A program made the translations under genes and the position numbers. The notes beneath the pieces are model-generated. The model made no database searches, was not told where the DNA came from, and saw only the letters and a program-made list of their open reading frames with translations. Shown piece by piece: positions 12,686 to 24,659 of a stretch of DNA of 64,000 nucleotides. Position 1 is the first letter of the stretch. Each line of letters begins with the position of its first letter. This stretch comes from Squalus acanthias (taxonomy: Eukaryota). The stretch covers positions 95,668,001-95,732,000 of the forward strand of contig CM059432.1 in NCBI GenBank assembly GCA_030390025.1, written 5' to 3'.

Positions 12686-13430
12686 ATTATCCCTACTGCC
12701 TGTCTCCTGCCGCTCAGCCAATTTCCTAACCAGATAAATAATTTGCCCTCAATTTCGTGGGCTTCTACCTTGGATAACAGTCTCTTATGTGGGACTTTAT
12801 CAAATGCTTTCTGGAAGTCCATATAAATAACATCCATAGACCTTCCCCTGTCCACTACTTTAGTCACCTCTTCAAAAAATTCAATCAGGTTTGTCAGGCA
12901 TGACCAATCTTTCACAAATCCATGCTGGCGCTCTCTGATCAACTGAAAATTTTCGAGGTGTTCAGTCACCTTAATTATCCTTAATTATAGACTCTAGCAA
13001 TTTCCTGACAACAGATGTTAGGCTAACTGGTCTATAACTCCCTAGTTTCCCTCTCTTGCCATTCTTAAATAGCTGAATGACATGCGCAATTTTCCAATCT
13101 AAAGGAACGGTTCCTGAATCGAGAGAACTTTGGAAGATCATAGTTAGGGCATCTGCAATGTACTCACCTACTTCCTTCAAAACTTTGGGATGGAAACCAT
13201 CTGGTCCTGGAGATTTGTCATTGCACCTGATATTGGCGCACTTGTTGAGCGGTAAGCCAATGAGCAGTGGTTTTAGCGCTGAGATCAGCACTATAATCAT
13301 GTAATGAGCACTCAACACGAATTTTGCATGCTACCTCGACCACTTTGACCCAGCACAGCTAAATAGCACTGGCCATGACACCGCCCGTTTTCGGGCCATA
13401 TCCAATTTCTAGGCCCATATATTGCTTCTG

Positions 13431-14603
13431 CTTTCAGAAGGCTTTCGATAAGGTCCCGCATAAGAGATTAGCGTGTAAAGTTAAGGCACATGGGATTGGG
13501 GGCAAGGTACTGACTTGGATAGAGAACTGGTTGGCAGACAGGAAGCAAAGAGTTGGAATAAACGGGTCTTTTTCCGAGTGGCAGGCAGTGACTAGTGGGG
13601 TTCCGCAGGGATCGGTCCTAGGACCCCAGCTATTCACTATACATATTAATGATCTAGACGAGGGAACTAGATGTAATATCTCCAAGTTTGCAGATGAGAC
13701 AAAGCTGGGTGGGCGTGTGTGCTGCGAGGAGGATGCCGAGAAACTCCAGTATGATTTGGGCAGAAACATGGCAGATGCAGTATAATGTGGATAAATGCGA
13801 GGTTATCCATTTTGGTGGCAAAAACAGGAAGACAGATTATTATCTGAACGGGAATAGATTGGGAAACAGGGAAGTGCAACGAGACCTGGGTGTCCTTGTG
13901 CACCAGTCGCTGAAGGTAAGCATGCAGGTACAGCAGGCGGTTAAGAAGGCAAATGGTATTTTGGCCTTCGTAGCGAGAGGGTTTGAGTACAGGAACAAGG
14001 ATGTCTTGCTGCAGCTGTACAGGTCCTTGGTGAGACCACATCTTGAGTATTGTGTGCAGTTTTGGTCGCCTTATCTGAGGAAGGATGTTCTTGCCATGGA
14101 GGGTGTGCAGCGAAGATTCACCATACTGATACCTGGGATGGCAGGAATGACGTACGAGGAGAGATTGGGTCGATTGGACTTATACTCGCTGGAGTTTAGA
14201 AGAATGAGAGGAGATCTCATTGAAACTTATAAAATTCTAACAGGGCTAGACAGACTGGATGCAGGAAGGATGTTCCCGATGGCGGGTGAGTCCAGAACAA
14301 GAGGTCACAGTCTAAAGATAAGGGGTAAGCCATTTAGGGCAGAGATGAGGAGGAATTTCTTCACCCAGAGAGTGGTGAACCTGTGGAATTCTCTACCACA
14401 GAAGGCAGTTGAGGCCAAGTCAGTAAATATATTCAAGAATGAGTTAGATATATTTCTTAAGGCTAAAGGGATCAAGGGATATGGGGAGAAGGCAGGGACA
14501 GGGTACTGAGTTTGGATGATCAGCCATGATCTCATCGACTGGGGCGGAGCAGTCTCGAGGGGCCGAATGGCCTACTCCTGCTCCTATCTTCTATGTTTCT
14601 ATG
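13431..14603 (+). mobile_element. Young 5'-truncated CR1 LINE (RT C-terminal half and 3' tail)
   Basis: FQKAFDKVPH, GVPQGSVLGP, 273-aa ORF ending GYGEKAGTGY; tail ctatgtttctatg. Confidence 0.95.
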
Positions 14604-16381
14604 CTGTCTCAGCTGCATCTGAAATCTTACCTTTCACTGAATGCAGCAATGATGCATTTCTTTAAAGAAATAAACAGCTGTTAGATGCTTAGAATTCAGG
14701 TGTTTCCTACTTGTTGAGCCTGGGCCTTTTCTTGCATTAGTTGCCTTGACAACAGAATTATTGTTTTACCTTGAGTTGGAAACCTTTCTACACCAGTACT
14801 TTAAGGTCTTCCTTGTCTGTATGTCAAGGCTTTGAATTATTTTCCATGTTTTCAACAAACTGAACAAATCCTTATTCTTGTACATCATTTGCTGGAACAT
14901 AATCTTGTCTTTCTACATTATCTGCTAGATTTGTGTCTGCCCAAATTTTAACTGCTGCACAGGTTTGCGACTACGCATTTCCTCATCCATAAATTTGATA
15001 ATGTGAGTGGCTGACTTGATAATAAACACAAATGTTGAAAATAACAACAGGTTGCATTTGACAAGAGGAAAGATAACATAGAAACATAGAAGATAGGAGC
15101 AGGAGCAGGCCATTCAGCCCCTCGAGCCTGCTCCGCCATTCAATGAGATCATGGCTGATCATCCAAATTCAGTACCCTGTCCCTGCCTTCTCTCCATATC
15201 CCTTGATCCCTTTAGCTTTAAGAAATATATCTAACTCCTTCTTGAATATATTTAATGAATTGGCCTCTACTGCCTTCTGTGGTAGAGAATTCCACAGGTT
15301 CACCACTCTCTGGGTGAAGAAATTCCTCCTCATCTCAGTCCTAAATGGCTTACCCCTTATCCTTAGACTGTGACTCCTGGTTCTGGACTCCCCCGCCATC
15401 GGGAACATCCTTCCTGCATCTAGTCTGTCTAGTCCTGTTAGAATTTTATAAGTTTCAATGAGATCCCCTCTCATTCTTCTAAACTCCAGCGAGTATAAGC
15501 CCAATCGACCCAATCTCTCCTCATATGTCATTCCTGCCATCCCAGGTATCAGCCTGGTGAATCTTCGCTGCACTCCCTCCATGGCAAGAACATCCTTCCT
15601 CAGATAAGGCAACCAAAACTGCACACAATACTCAAGGTGTGTACTCGAACCCTTTCGCTACGAAGGCCAACATACCATTTGCCTTCTTAACCGCCTGCTG
15701 CACCTGCATGCTTACCTTCAGCGACTGGTGCACAAGTACACCCAGGTCTCGTTGCACTTCCCCTTCTCCCAATCTATTGCCATTCAGATAATAATCTGCC
15801 TTCCTGTTTTTTACACCAAAGTGGATAACCTCACATTTATCCACATTATATTGCATCTGCCTTGCTTCTGCCCAATCACCCAACCTGTCCAAATCATACT
15901 GGAGTTTCTCGGCATCCTCCTCACGGCACACACTCCCACCCAGCTTTGTGTTGTCTGCAAACTTGGAGATATTACATCCAATTCCCTTGTCTAGATCATT
16001 AATATATATTGTGAATAGCTGGGGTCCTAGGACCGATCCCTGCGGTACCCCACTAGTCACTGCCTGCCACTCGGAAAAAGACCCATTTATTCCAAGTCTT
16101 TGCTTTCTGTCTGCCGACCAGTTCTCTATCCAAGTCAATACCTTGCCCCCAATCTCATATGCCTTAACTTTACACGCTAATCTCTTATGTGGGACCTTAT
16201 CGAAAGCCTTCTGAAAGTCCAAATACGCCACATCCACTGGTTCTCCTTTATCTATTTTACCAGTTACATCCTCAAAAAATTCCAGTAGATTAGTCAAGCA
16301 TGATTTACCTTTTGTAAATCCATGTTGACTTTGTCCGATCCTGTCACTGTTTTCCAAGTGCTCTGCTGTTACATCTTTTAT

Positions 16382-16416
16382 GTTCTGATGAAAGGTCATC
16401 GACCTGAAACGTTAAC
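16382..16416 (+). ncRNA. Minimal type I hammerhead ribozyme motif
   Basis: GUU-CUGAUGA-A-AGGUC-auc-GACCU-GAAAC-GUU-AAC. Confidence 0.75.
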
Positions 16417-16478
16417 TCTCTTTCTCTCTCCACGGATGCTGCCTGGCCTGCTGAGTTTTTCCAGCGTTTTCTGTTATT
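16382..16478 (+). mobile_element. Solo Penelope-type terminal-repeat module carrying a hammerhead motif
   Basis: 97-bp insert in CR1 flanked by a 13-bp direct repeat TTACATCTTTTAT; matches repeats at 24051, 30879 and 62576. Confidence 0.85.
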
Positions 16479-18804
16479 TTACATCTTTTATAATGGACTC
16501 TAGCATTTTCCCCACTACCGATGTCAGGCTTATAATTCCCCGTTTTCTCTCTACCACCTTTTTTGAATAGTGGGGTAATATTAGCTACCCTCCAATCCAT
16601 GGGTACTGTTCCAGAGTCTATAGAATTTTGGAAGATGACCAGCAATGCATCTACTATTTCTAGGGCCACTTCCTTAAGTGTACCCTAGGATATAGATTAT
16701 CAGCCCCTGGGGATTTATCGGCCTTCAATCCCGTCAATTTCCCTAACACTATTTCCTACAAATACTGATTTCTTTCAGTTCCTCCCTCTCATTAGACCCT
16801 ATGTTCCCCGACATCTCTGGGAGGTTATTTGTGTCCTCCTTTGTGAAGGCAGAACCAAAGTATGTATTTAATTGGTCTGCCATTTCTTTATTCCCCATTA
16901 TAAATTCCCCTGATTCTGACTGCAAGGGACCTACGCTTGACTTCACCAATCTTTTTCTCTTCACATATCTATAAAAGCTTTTACAGTCAGTTTTTATGTT
17001 CCCTGCAAGCTTACTCTCATACTCTATTTTCCCCCTCTTAATTAATCCTTTTGTCCTTCTTTGCTGAATCCTATACTGCTCCCAATCCTCAGGTTTTCTG
17101 CTTTTTCTGGCCAATTTTTATGTTCTCTCCTTGGATCTTATGCTATCCCTAATTTCCTTTGTTAGCCACGGTTGAGTCACCTTTTGTTTTATTTTTATGC
17201 CAAACTGGGATGAACAAATTCTGTAGTTCATTCATGCGATCTTTGAATGTTTGCCATTGCCTATCCACCGTCAACCCTTTGAGTGACATTCCCCAATCAA
17301 TCCTACCCAACTCGCGCCTCCTACCATCGTAGTTTCCTGTATTCGTGTTTTGGGTGTAGAATTTGATAGACTTTAGCTTTTTTGCTAAATAAATATCAAG
17401 CAGGACGGTACTCCTGCCTCCCATGAAAGTAGCCATTTTCAAAGTGAGTGAGTTTAACAGATTGAAACTTCAAATTCCTGCCCAGTTGCTTCATGACCTA
17501 TTTCATATGATGACCACAGGACTGTTGTGTCACTCCAGCTAACCTGGATAACAGTTGTGCAAGCTGGGTTAGAGCTGGCTATCACGAAGGGGGAGGACCA
17601 AAAAACAGTCTGTTATAGGGATCATTTCAGATGCATTAGAGTCCCTTAAACATTTTGATATAAATCTCCCAAATAAATTTGTTTAGGACGTCAGATGTCC
17701 AAACTTCTTGTGCGATGTTGATGCTCATCTAGTAGTTCCTGCAGTGGTTGGCTACATTATACTGTAGTTTTGTAATGTACATTCGTCTTCATTTGGCATC
17801 TCTTACACACTCTAGGAATTTAGCCAGGCTTCATGGTCTGTGTAAATATTCTCCTAAATTTTGATTTGATCAAACTGGGCAGAATTGTACATGCCCTTCT
17901 GATAATGTGTTGCATAAAGCCCCAGACCCTGCTCAATAGGACCAGTTCATTTACTCCCGGCTTTGTCAAGTGCTGTGTTCCCAGCATTGAATTTTCCCAG
18001 CTTCTCGAGTCAGGCTCTGCAGAGAGTGTGTATTTTAGGCATATATCTGTTTTAGTTGTTTTAATGTGGGATTTTTTCAGCCTTTGAGCTTCTCACACAG
18101 ATACTTGCCAGGGCTCATTTGAATAAGCAATAAGCTAGAGTAGACTGAACAACCCTTATTGAGGGAAACATTTCCCTTCTCATCGCAGAGAACAACCAAG
18201 TTTTTGTACAAATTGTGACAATTGCTCAGCTCTCTGACAGTCATTGAGTGAACAAAACATTTTAGGGATGTATAAATATCTGAAATACCAGTGCAGATTG
18301 TGTGTGTGTTGGGGCGGGGGTGGGCGAATAGGAAGCTTCTTCCAACAAAAAATTCAGCTGCTTCTGTTTGTGGTTCCCCAAATAAAATAGCACTTGGACC
18401 TTGACTCGGGGAAAATAAAATAAAAACCTAAGAATTCAAACAGCACAACCATTTAAACGTGCACAACCATTTAAACGTACACAGACCCAGGAACAGATAA
18501 TGTGGAGGGAAATAATCAAGTTGACTTCAGTTATGAGATGAGGATTGATCTCCAATATACATGTGCTGATCCAGTACAGACTTGTAATCACAGGAAGTTG
18601 AAGCAAGAGTGGTAAATTACCACTCCAACTGCTACCAAAAGCTTCATGTTATTAAAAAGTGCAAGTCTAAACTCTATTGCAGATCAACATAAAAATGATT
18701 TAAATAGTGTTTCTCCAATATATGATCCAGCTGCCTGCCTTGGACTTCCAAGCCAAAGACCCTAGCTGTAATTAACAGAATAGTGACATAAAGCCTTCAA
18801 AAAA

Positions 18805-19490
18805 TTCCAGAGGTGAGGTGAGAGTGACAGCCCTTGACATCATGGCAGCATTTGACCGAGTGTGGCATCAAGGAGCCCCAGTAAAACTGAAGTTAATGGA
18901 AATCGGGGGGAAAACTCTCCTCTGGCTGTAGTCATACCAAGCACAAAGGAAGACGGTTGTGGTTGTTGGAAGCCAATCATCTCAGCCCCAGGACATCGCT
19001 GCAGTTGTTCCCCAGGGCAGTGTCCTAGACCCAACCATGTTCAGCTGCTTCATCAATGACCTTCCCTCCATCATAAGGTCAGAAGTGGGGATGTTCGCTG
19101 ATAACTGCAGTGTTCAGTGCTATTCACAACTGGTATGGCACAGATAATGAAGCAGTCCATGCCCGCATGCAACAAGACCTGGACGACGTTCAGGCTTGGG
19201 CTGATAAGTGGCAGGTAACATTCGCGCCACACAAGTGGCATGGGAACACCACCACCTCCAAGATCCCCTCCAAGTCACACACCATCCTGACTTGGAAATA
19301 TATCGGTGTTCCTTCATCGTCGCAGGGTCAACATCCTGGAACTCCCTCCCTCACAGCACTGTGGGAGTACCTTCACCACACGGACTGCAGCGGTTCAAGA
19401 AGGCGGCTCACCACCACCTTCTCAAGGGCAACTAGGGATGGGCAATAAATGCTGGCCTTGCCAGCGACGCCCACATCCCATAAACACATT
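18805..19490 (+). mobile_element. Non-LTR retrotransposon 3' fragment (CR1/L2 group) with internal deletion
   Basis: AAFDRVWH, VPQGSVLDP, MFADN, WNSLP motifs; tail gggcaataaatgctggccttgccagcgacgcc. Confidence 0.8.
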
Positions 19491-19994
19491 TTTTTTAAAA
19501 AGCAGTTCAAGAAAACGGGTCATTCGCTGCAGGGTTCTACTGACTATGACGCACTCTAGGAGATGGAGCCAAGGAGAGACAGGTAACTGTCAATCTAGAA
19601 TGCCAAATGTAATAGACCACCTCCGACAGCATCTCGCAGGTAGAGAGGGACAAATTACCAGTCCTGGGGCTATTGCAACCAAGCAAATTTGGGCAACAAG
19701 AATTAGACTCTTGTAGCTTTTTAGCACGCAAATCCAACCTCCCAAGGGGATCAGCACACTGTCCTTTCTGCTACCCCCCAGCTGTGTGAAACAAAAATCC
19801 AAATGATCAATAGGCAACGTCCAAGAAGTCACCACATATAAAATGAAATGCTCTCCTGATTCCAGGATGCTGTTCAGTACTTTTAATCAGTTTAGCTTCT
19901 ATGGCTTTTTCCTTCACTGCAGACAGTGGACTGTCTAGAGGCTCTTGGAAATGAATTAATGCCATTAGTCTGACTATTAATCTAGGTTCACATT

Positions 19995-20245
19995 TCAGTG
20001 CAGTCGCATTGTCGGAGGTGCTATCTTTCAGATGAAGTGTGAAACTGAGGTCCTGCCTACCTGTTTATTTCCTATAAGAGCAGGGAGTTCTCCGAGTATC
20101 CCAGCCAACATTCATCTTTTAACTGCTGCCACCAAAAGAAAGAGTATTTATTTATTTCAGTTGCTGTTTCTGGGACCTTTTGCTGTGTGCAAATTAGCTG
20201 CTGAATTTGCCTGCAAAACAAGACTGATTGCACTTCAAAAATAGC
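19995..20245 (+). mobile_element. Degenerate DeuSINE fragment
   Basis: gtcggaggtgctatctttcagatg..., agagcagggagttctcc, ttgctgtgtgcaaatt. Confidence 0.7.
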
Positions 20246-21199
20246 ATCACAGTACTGACTATAGAAACCAGCCTGCCAGCTTCTAACATAGTAGAGAAGA
20301 CCTCCTCAAGGGGCAGAGGAACATGATAACTGATATACAGGACAACAGCATGGTAGAAATCAATTCTAAATTCAGAGACACTTAATTAACTGCCAAAATC
20401 ACAAACTTCTTCCAAACTTCACTGGCCACAGAGCCAGAGTTTCTTCCGTGAATATTTCTTGCCACCAATTGAAGATCAGATGCATATACATTGGACCTCA
20501 GCAGCCAAGATTATGTTGCATGGCATCCTGTGCATTGTAGCCTTATCCAGGGAACCAAAGTATCAGTTTTTTAATTTACACTTTGTTTTTGGAGGTTAAG
20601 TGAAGGTTAGTTAGAGAACTTCAAGGTATATAATTACAGAAACCTCTTGTGATGGGAACCATAGCATTCAAGTAAAACAGCCTTATTGGGGCCACCTTCC
20701 CTACAACTGATGATAGCGATGGCTGCTACTTTGTCAGGCAGGGCAGCACACCTTTGAGAGATATGGGCCACAGGCAGGTGAAAGAAGGAACCGTCCATGT
20801 GGCACATCCATTATTTTCAGTTTCAGGTGCAACAGTGCATTCAGTCAATTAATCCAAGGCAGGGTATTGTGCATTTGGAAGATAATACCACAGTATCCAA
20901 CCAACAGGAGAGATGGGGAAGAGACTATTCTTGTGTTATCTGCACTTCAACTGGCACATTAGCATCTATCTCACAGGGGGAAGAGACTATTTTGTCTGTT
21001 CATTATGTATTAAAATCATAAGCCAGTTTATAAAGAAGGGGTTTATGATTTTGTTGCATATAGCACATGGTGGAGTGTTCCCCCAACATATTTCTCTTGA
21101 CTCAGCATCTAGTCAGCATTGGACAGCATGACAGACATTTTATTGCATTACAGTTCATCTGTACGCATGGACGATCCACACACAGCTAGTACAGGAGAT

Positions 21200-21430
21200 T
21201 TTTGAGGTATGGGATGATCCCATTTTTACTAAACTGCTGACCACCCAACTTTCCTTCCTGGCTTCCATGCCAGCTGACATTGTAAATGGTTCCTTCCCCT
21301 CAGGTACTGTCCACGTTCCTTTCAAAACAGCCGTCATCATCCTCCTCAAAAACCCCCACCCATGATCATTCTGTCCTTGCATACTAGTGCCCCATCTCCA
21401 ACCTCCCTTTTCTTACCAAAATCTGTGAAC
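21200..21430 (+). mobile_element. L2 LINE RT fragment
   Basis: TKLLTTQL..ADIVNGSFPSGTVHVPFKTAVI, followed by PISNLPFL. Confidence 0.7.
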
Positions 21431-22465
21431 GTGATGCCCTTCCCGCGGTACTGCCTTTTGCACATCCTTTGGTGTCTTATTTTATGCAGTATTTCTTAAA
21501 ACTGCGCTCCGATCCCTTGGTTCCAAATTAGCAACATCAATGTAGTTCTTAAACTATCTGAGGTTCTTCGAAATTGCAATTTGAAGTTTTTTACATGGAA
21601 AGCAACACACTGCTAGTGTGAGAGTTGTTTCATATAATTAGTGAACTACAGGCTTTAGTTGTACATTATTTGCTTTGGTGTAAAAATTGAGTTGTTACAG
21701 GGTTAGGAAGAGAGAATGGAGCATCGGGATTAGTTTCGGATTGCTCTGACAAAGTCGGCACAGATGTGACTGGCCAAATGGCCTCCTGTGCTGTAACTCT
21801 CTCTGGTTTTTAGGCCCTCCTCAGGGTTGCTTTTGAAGTTGTTTCCCAGAAAATGACTGTTCACTCATTTCATCCGCCGCCCATTTTCAGAAGTGGATCG
21901 TAGATTTCGCTATCTGCACGCTCTCGTGTTGGGATGGGTCTCAATTCTTATGTTTACTAAATTCATGAGTTTAGAAACATTGAGCAGCTAATTGCTTCTA
22001 TGGCAAAAAAAACCCATAGCAAATTATTTACTTAGTAGCGGGTGGAGTTCCTCAACAGGAGCCGTGCTCCTAGATTTTTGCACTGCTTGGGTAACTTTCC
22101 TGCAGTATGTAAACGATGACTAATGGAAAATAAAAGTTAGATTTACCTACTTTGCAGGGTTGTCTTTATTCTTTAAATGATAGGCAAGTCTTTCTTTCAA
22201 TCATACATCACAATACCTCCCAACCATCTTTTCAGACCCTATTGGGTTCTGTTTCTTGCCTTGTTAGGAACTTTATTGTGAAGACAGTTTAGGTCAAATT
22301 CAGGTTTTATACAGAGCATGAGTGGGAAGTCATGTATGACTGTCCAGCATGATGGGACAAGAAAAATTAGTTTTGGCATAAAGCTTGCATAAGTTCCTAT
22401 AGCTTATGAAGTATGCCTGTTGTTTGGTAAAGAAAACAATGTGGGTAATCCATTTTTGATATCAA

Positions 22466-24659
22466 GACCTAGAAATTTAAGTAGGCCGGAAACCTGCCGG
22501 TGCCACTGCGGACCGCCCGCAAAAAGAGCGCAGGTGGCGCCGGTATTTTGGTGCTGCTTTACATTAACGCAGTGCAAAACCTGCAGTGCAACGTGCTGTT
22601 TTGGGCGGTAGTCTCAGCCAGAGGCCCAGTGCAGTGTCCCTGGAGCGAGGCAGCGTTCACTTAAAGCTAACCTGGCGTTTTGGAAAGAGTGCCTTCTGAA
22701 ATGAAAAAAATAAAAATCATTTAAAAATAGGCAGTCTTTAGCCCTTAGAGCTAAACTGCCTTCTGGAAAAAAAATAAACATTGCAAATATTTCCAAAATG
22801 CCGGTCTTCAGCTCTTAAAGCTTAACTGCCTACTGCACGTAAAAAAATGGGAAAAGTGCTTCAGCTCCAACACACAAGGCTCAACAAGCCAGGGAAGATG
22901 CACCCAGCGTCTTGCATGCAGCACTCCAGCTTTGTGAAGAGGGTCAACACTGCAAGAGAGGTCCTCTACCCACAGGGGCCAGGAGGCCCTCCAGAAAGCA
23001 GGGCGTGGGACCAAATCACCGAGGCCGTCACTGCCAGCAGTGTTGCCCCCACGACCAGGCTCCAGTGCCCAAAGAAGCTTCATGACCTCAGACCAGTGGT
23101 CAGGGTCAGTGAATGCAACTTCAAAAGCCTTCTCCTACCAACTGCACCACTAGCCTCACACACTGCTTATTGCATGACCCCCCCCCCCCCCCTCCCCTTC
23201 AATCACTCTCCTACCAACAATCTGTACCAAACACGAGGCACACCTCCCATCCCTAGCTTCACCTCACCCCCTTGGAGGGGACCGTGCTGCCATTCTTGGC
23301 AGGGGCATAGCTGAGCCCTTGGCCAGCGGCAGGGTTGAAGGGATACAAGATGCTGGTATCCTCATACGTTATCCTCCGCCTCACATCCTACTTACCCCAT
23401 ATCCCACAATATCTTCTGATTTACAAGATGTGCATGGTGTAATCATGCACCTCTTGCTTTCTCACCCTCCCCTCACCACAACTCTACCCTTGTGCCTTCC
23501 TTATTTCACACACCCAAGAAATCCAGCCTGCCCAGCCAGTGGTTGACCATGAAGAGGGAGAGGAGAGTGAAGAAGAAGAAACGCCATCACTCGATTTGAC
23601 ACTCCCAGCCACCAGCTCCTCGAGGTCGTCCTGCAAGGCCATCTGCAGTGTTCCCCACTGAAAGTCAGCAGCCTTCCACCAGCTATGCTGTAGACGCTGG
23701 GGTAGCACTGTGTAACATCACTAGGATAGGCAAAGGCACACACACAAGACAGTCACTAAGAGAATGCATAAGGGTGATTAGTTGATTTCTTGATGTCTTA
23801 TTGGATGGATGGATGTATAAAGTTGGATTGGAAAGTTTGCTTTGTGGTGGCTTTTATTTCAGCATTGTGGCCAAGGGGACACTATGATGGTCAATAATAG
23901 AGGGAAGGTAAGGTGTGGGACAAATATTGAAAGGGGAATTGGGGTTGTGGTCACTGGTACCACAGGCAGATGATTCCAGCCTGGGCAGAAAGGGGCTTGT
24001 CTGGGTTGCATCCTTCCGATTCCTGCGTCTTCCTCTTCTCTCTGTGAGTGGATGCTGGAAATCTGAAATAAAAGCAGAAAATGCCGGAAATACTCAGCAG
24101 GTCAGGCAGCATCTCGACCTGAGACGTTAACTCTGTTTCTCTCTCCACGGATGTTGCCTGACCTGCTCAGTATTTGCAGCATTTTTGTCTTCTCAGAGGC
24201 TTTCCTTTAACATCCGAAGCCTTGCAAGCGTCCAGCAGCACTCCCTGCACACTTTTAACATCTACTGCACCAAGCCACTACTTCAATAAAATATTTGTTA
24301 AAAAGTCCAATAGCTTAAATCAAAACTTACCTGAAAGATGTGTGTGTCCCTTTAAGAAGCGCTGACAGCGTCTCTGCAGGGCTGCTTTGCACATGCTTTT
24401 TTGTGCATGCTTTAGGACCCAGCGTAATGATGATCGAAAATGTCCAAGTTAGCATTTGTGCCATCAAGTCAGGCATTGCACGCCGATTGACGTCACGAGC
24501 TGCTAATTTACATTTCAGAGGCCAGCGCCGTCAACGGCAGCGCTATGGCCCTAACAAAATGGCGGCCACTGTGTCCCGTGCCAGAAGTGACAGGCCACCA
24601 TTTTTTTCCAAGAAAATCAGTGTTAACAGCCAGCGCTAAGGAAAGCAATTTCTAGGCCC
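22466..24659 (-). mobile_element. Internally deleted Harbinger element (Myb/SANT remnant on +, transposase almost wholly lost)
   Basis: Ends gacctagaaatt / aatttctaggccc; REVLYP...AWDQITEAVTASSVAPTTRLQCPKKLHDL trihelix remnant at 22900-23105. Confidence 0.75.
24051..24190. mobile_element. Penelope-type inverted terminal-repeat pair with central deletion
   Basis: gatgctggaaatctgaaataaaa...gcagcatct, then its reverse complement; only the 3' half of the hammerhead remains. Confidence 0.8.

Larger units (their letters stand above)
10440..13220 (-). mobile_element. 5'-truncated CR1 LINE nested in the Harbinger element
   Basis: KSPGPDGFHPK, YMDFQKAFDKVPH, VPQGSVLGP, KFADDTK, LVRPHLEYC; 3' tail at 10440. 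Harbinger sequence resumes after 13220. Confidence 0.92.
6737..13415 (+). mobile_element. PIF/Harbinger DNA transposon, full-length outline but decayed, carrying a nested CR1 and two MITEs
   Basis: TIR GGCCTAGAAATT...AATTTCTAGGCC, flanked by CAT on both sides; convergent transposase (+) and Myb/SANT-like (-) genes. Confidence 0.88.
15076..17338 (-). mobile_element. Young 5'-truncated CR1 LINE, same subfamily as 13431-14603, opposite orientation
   Basis: Minus-strand RT ORFs 15169-15624 and 15632-16399, near-identical protein to the + copy. Confidence 0.95.
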
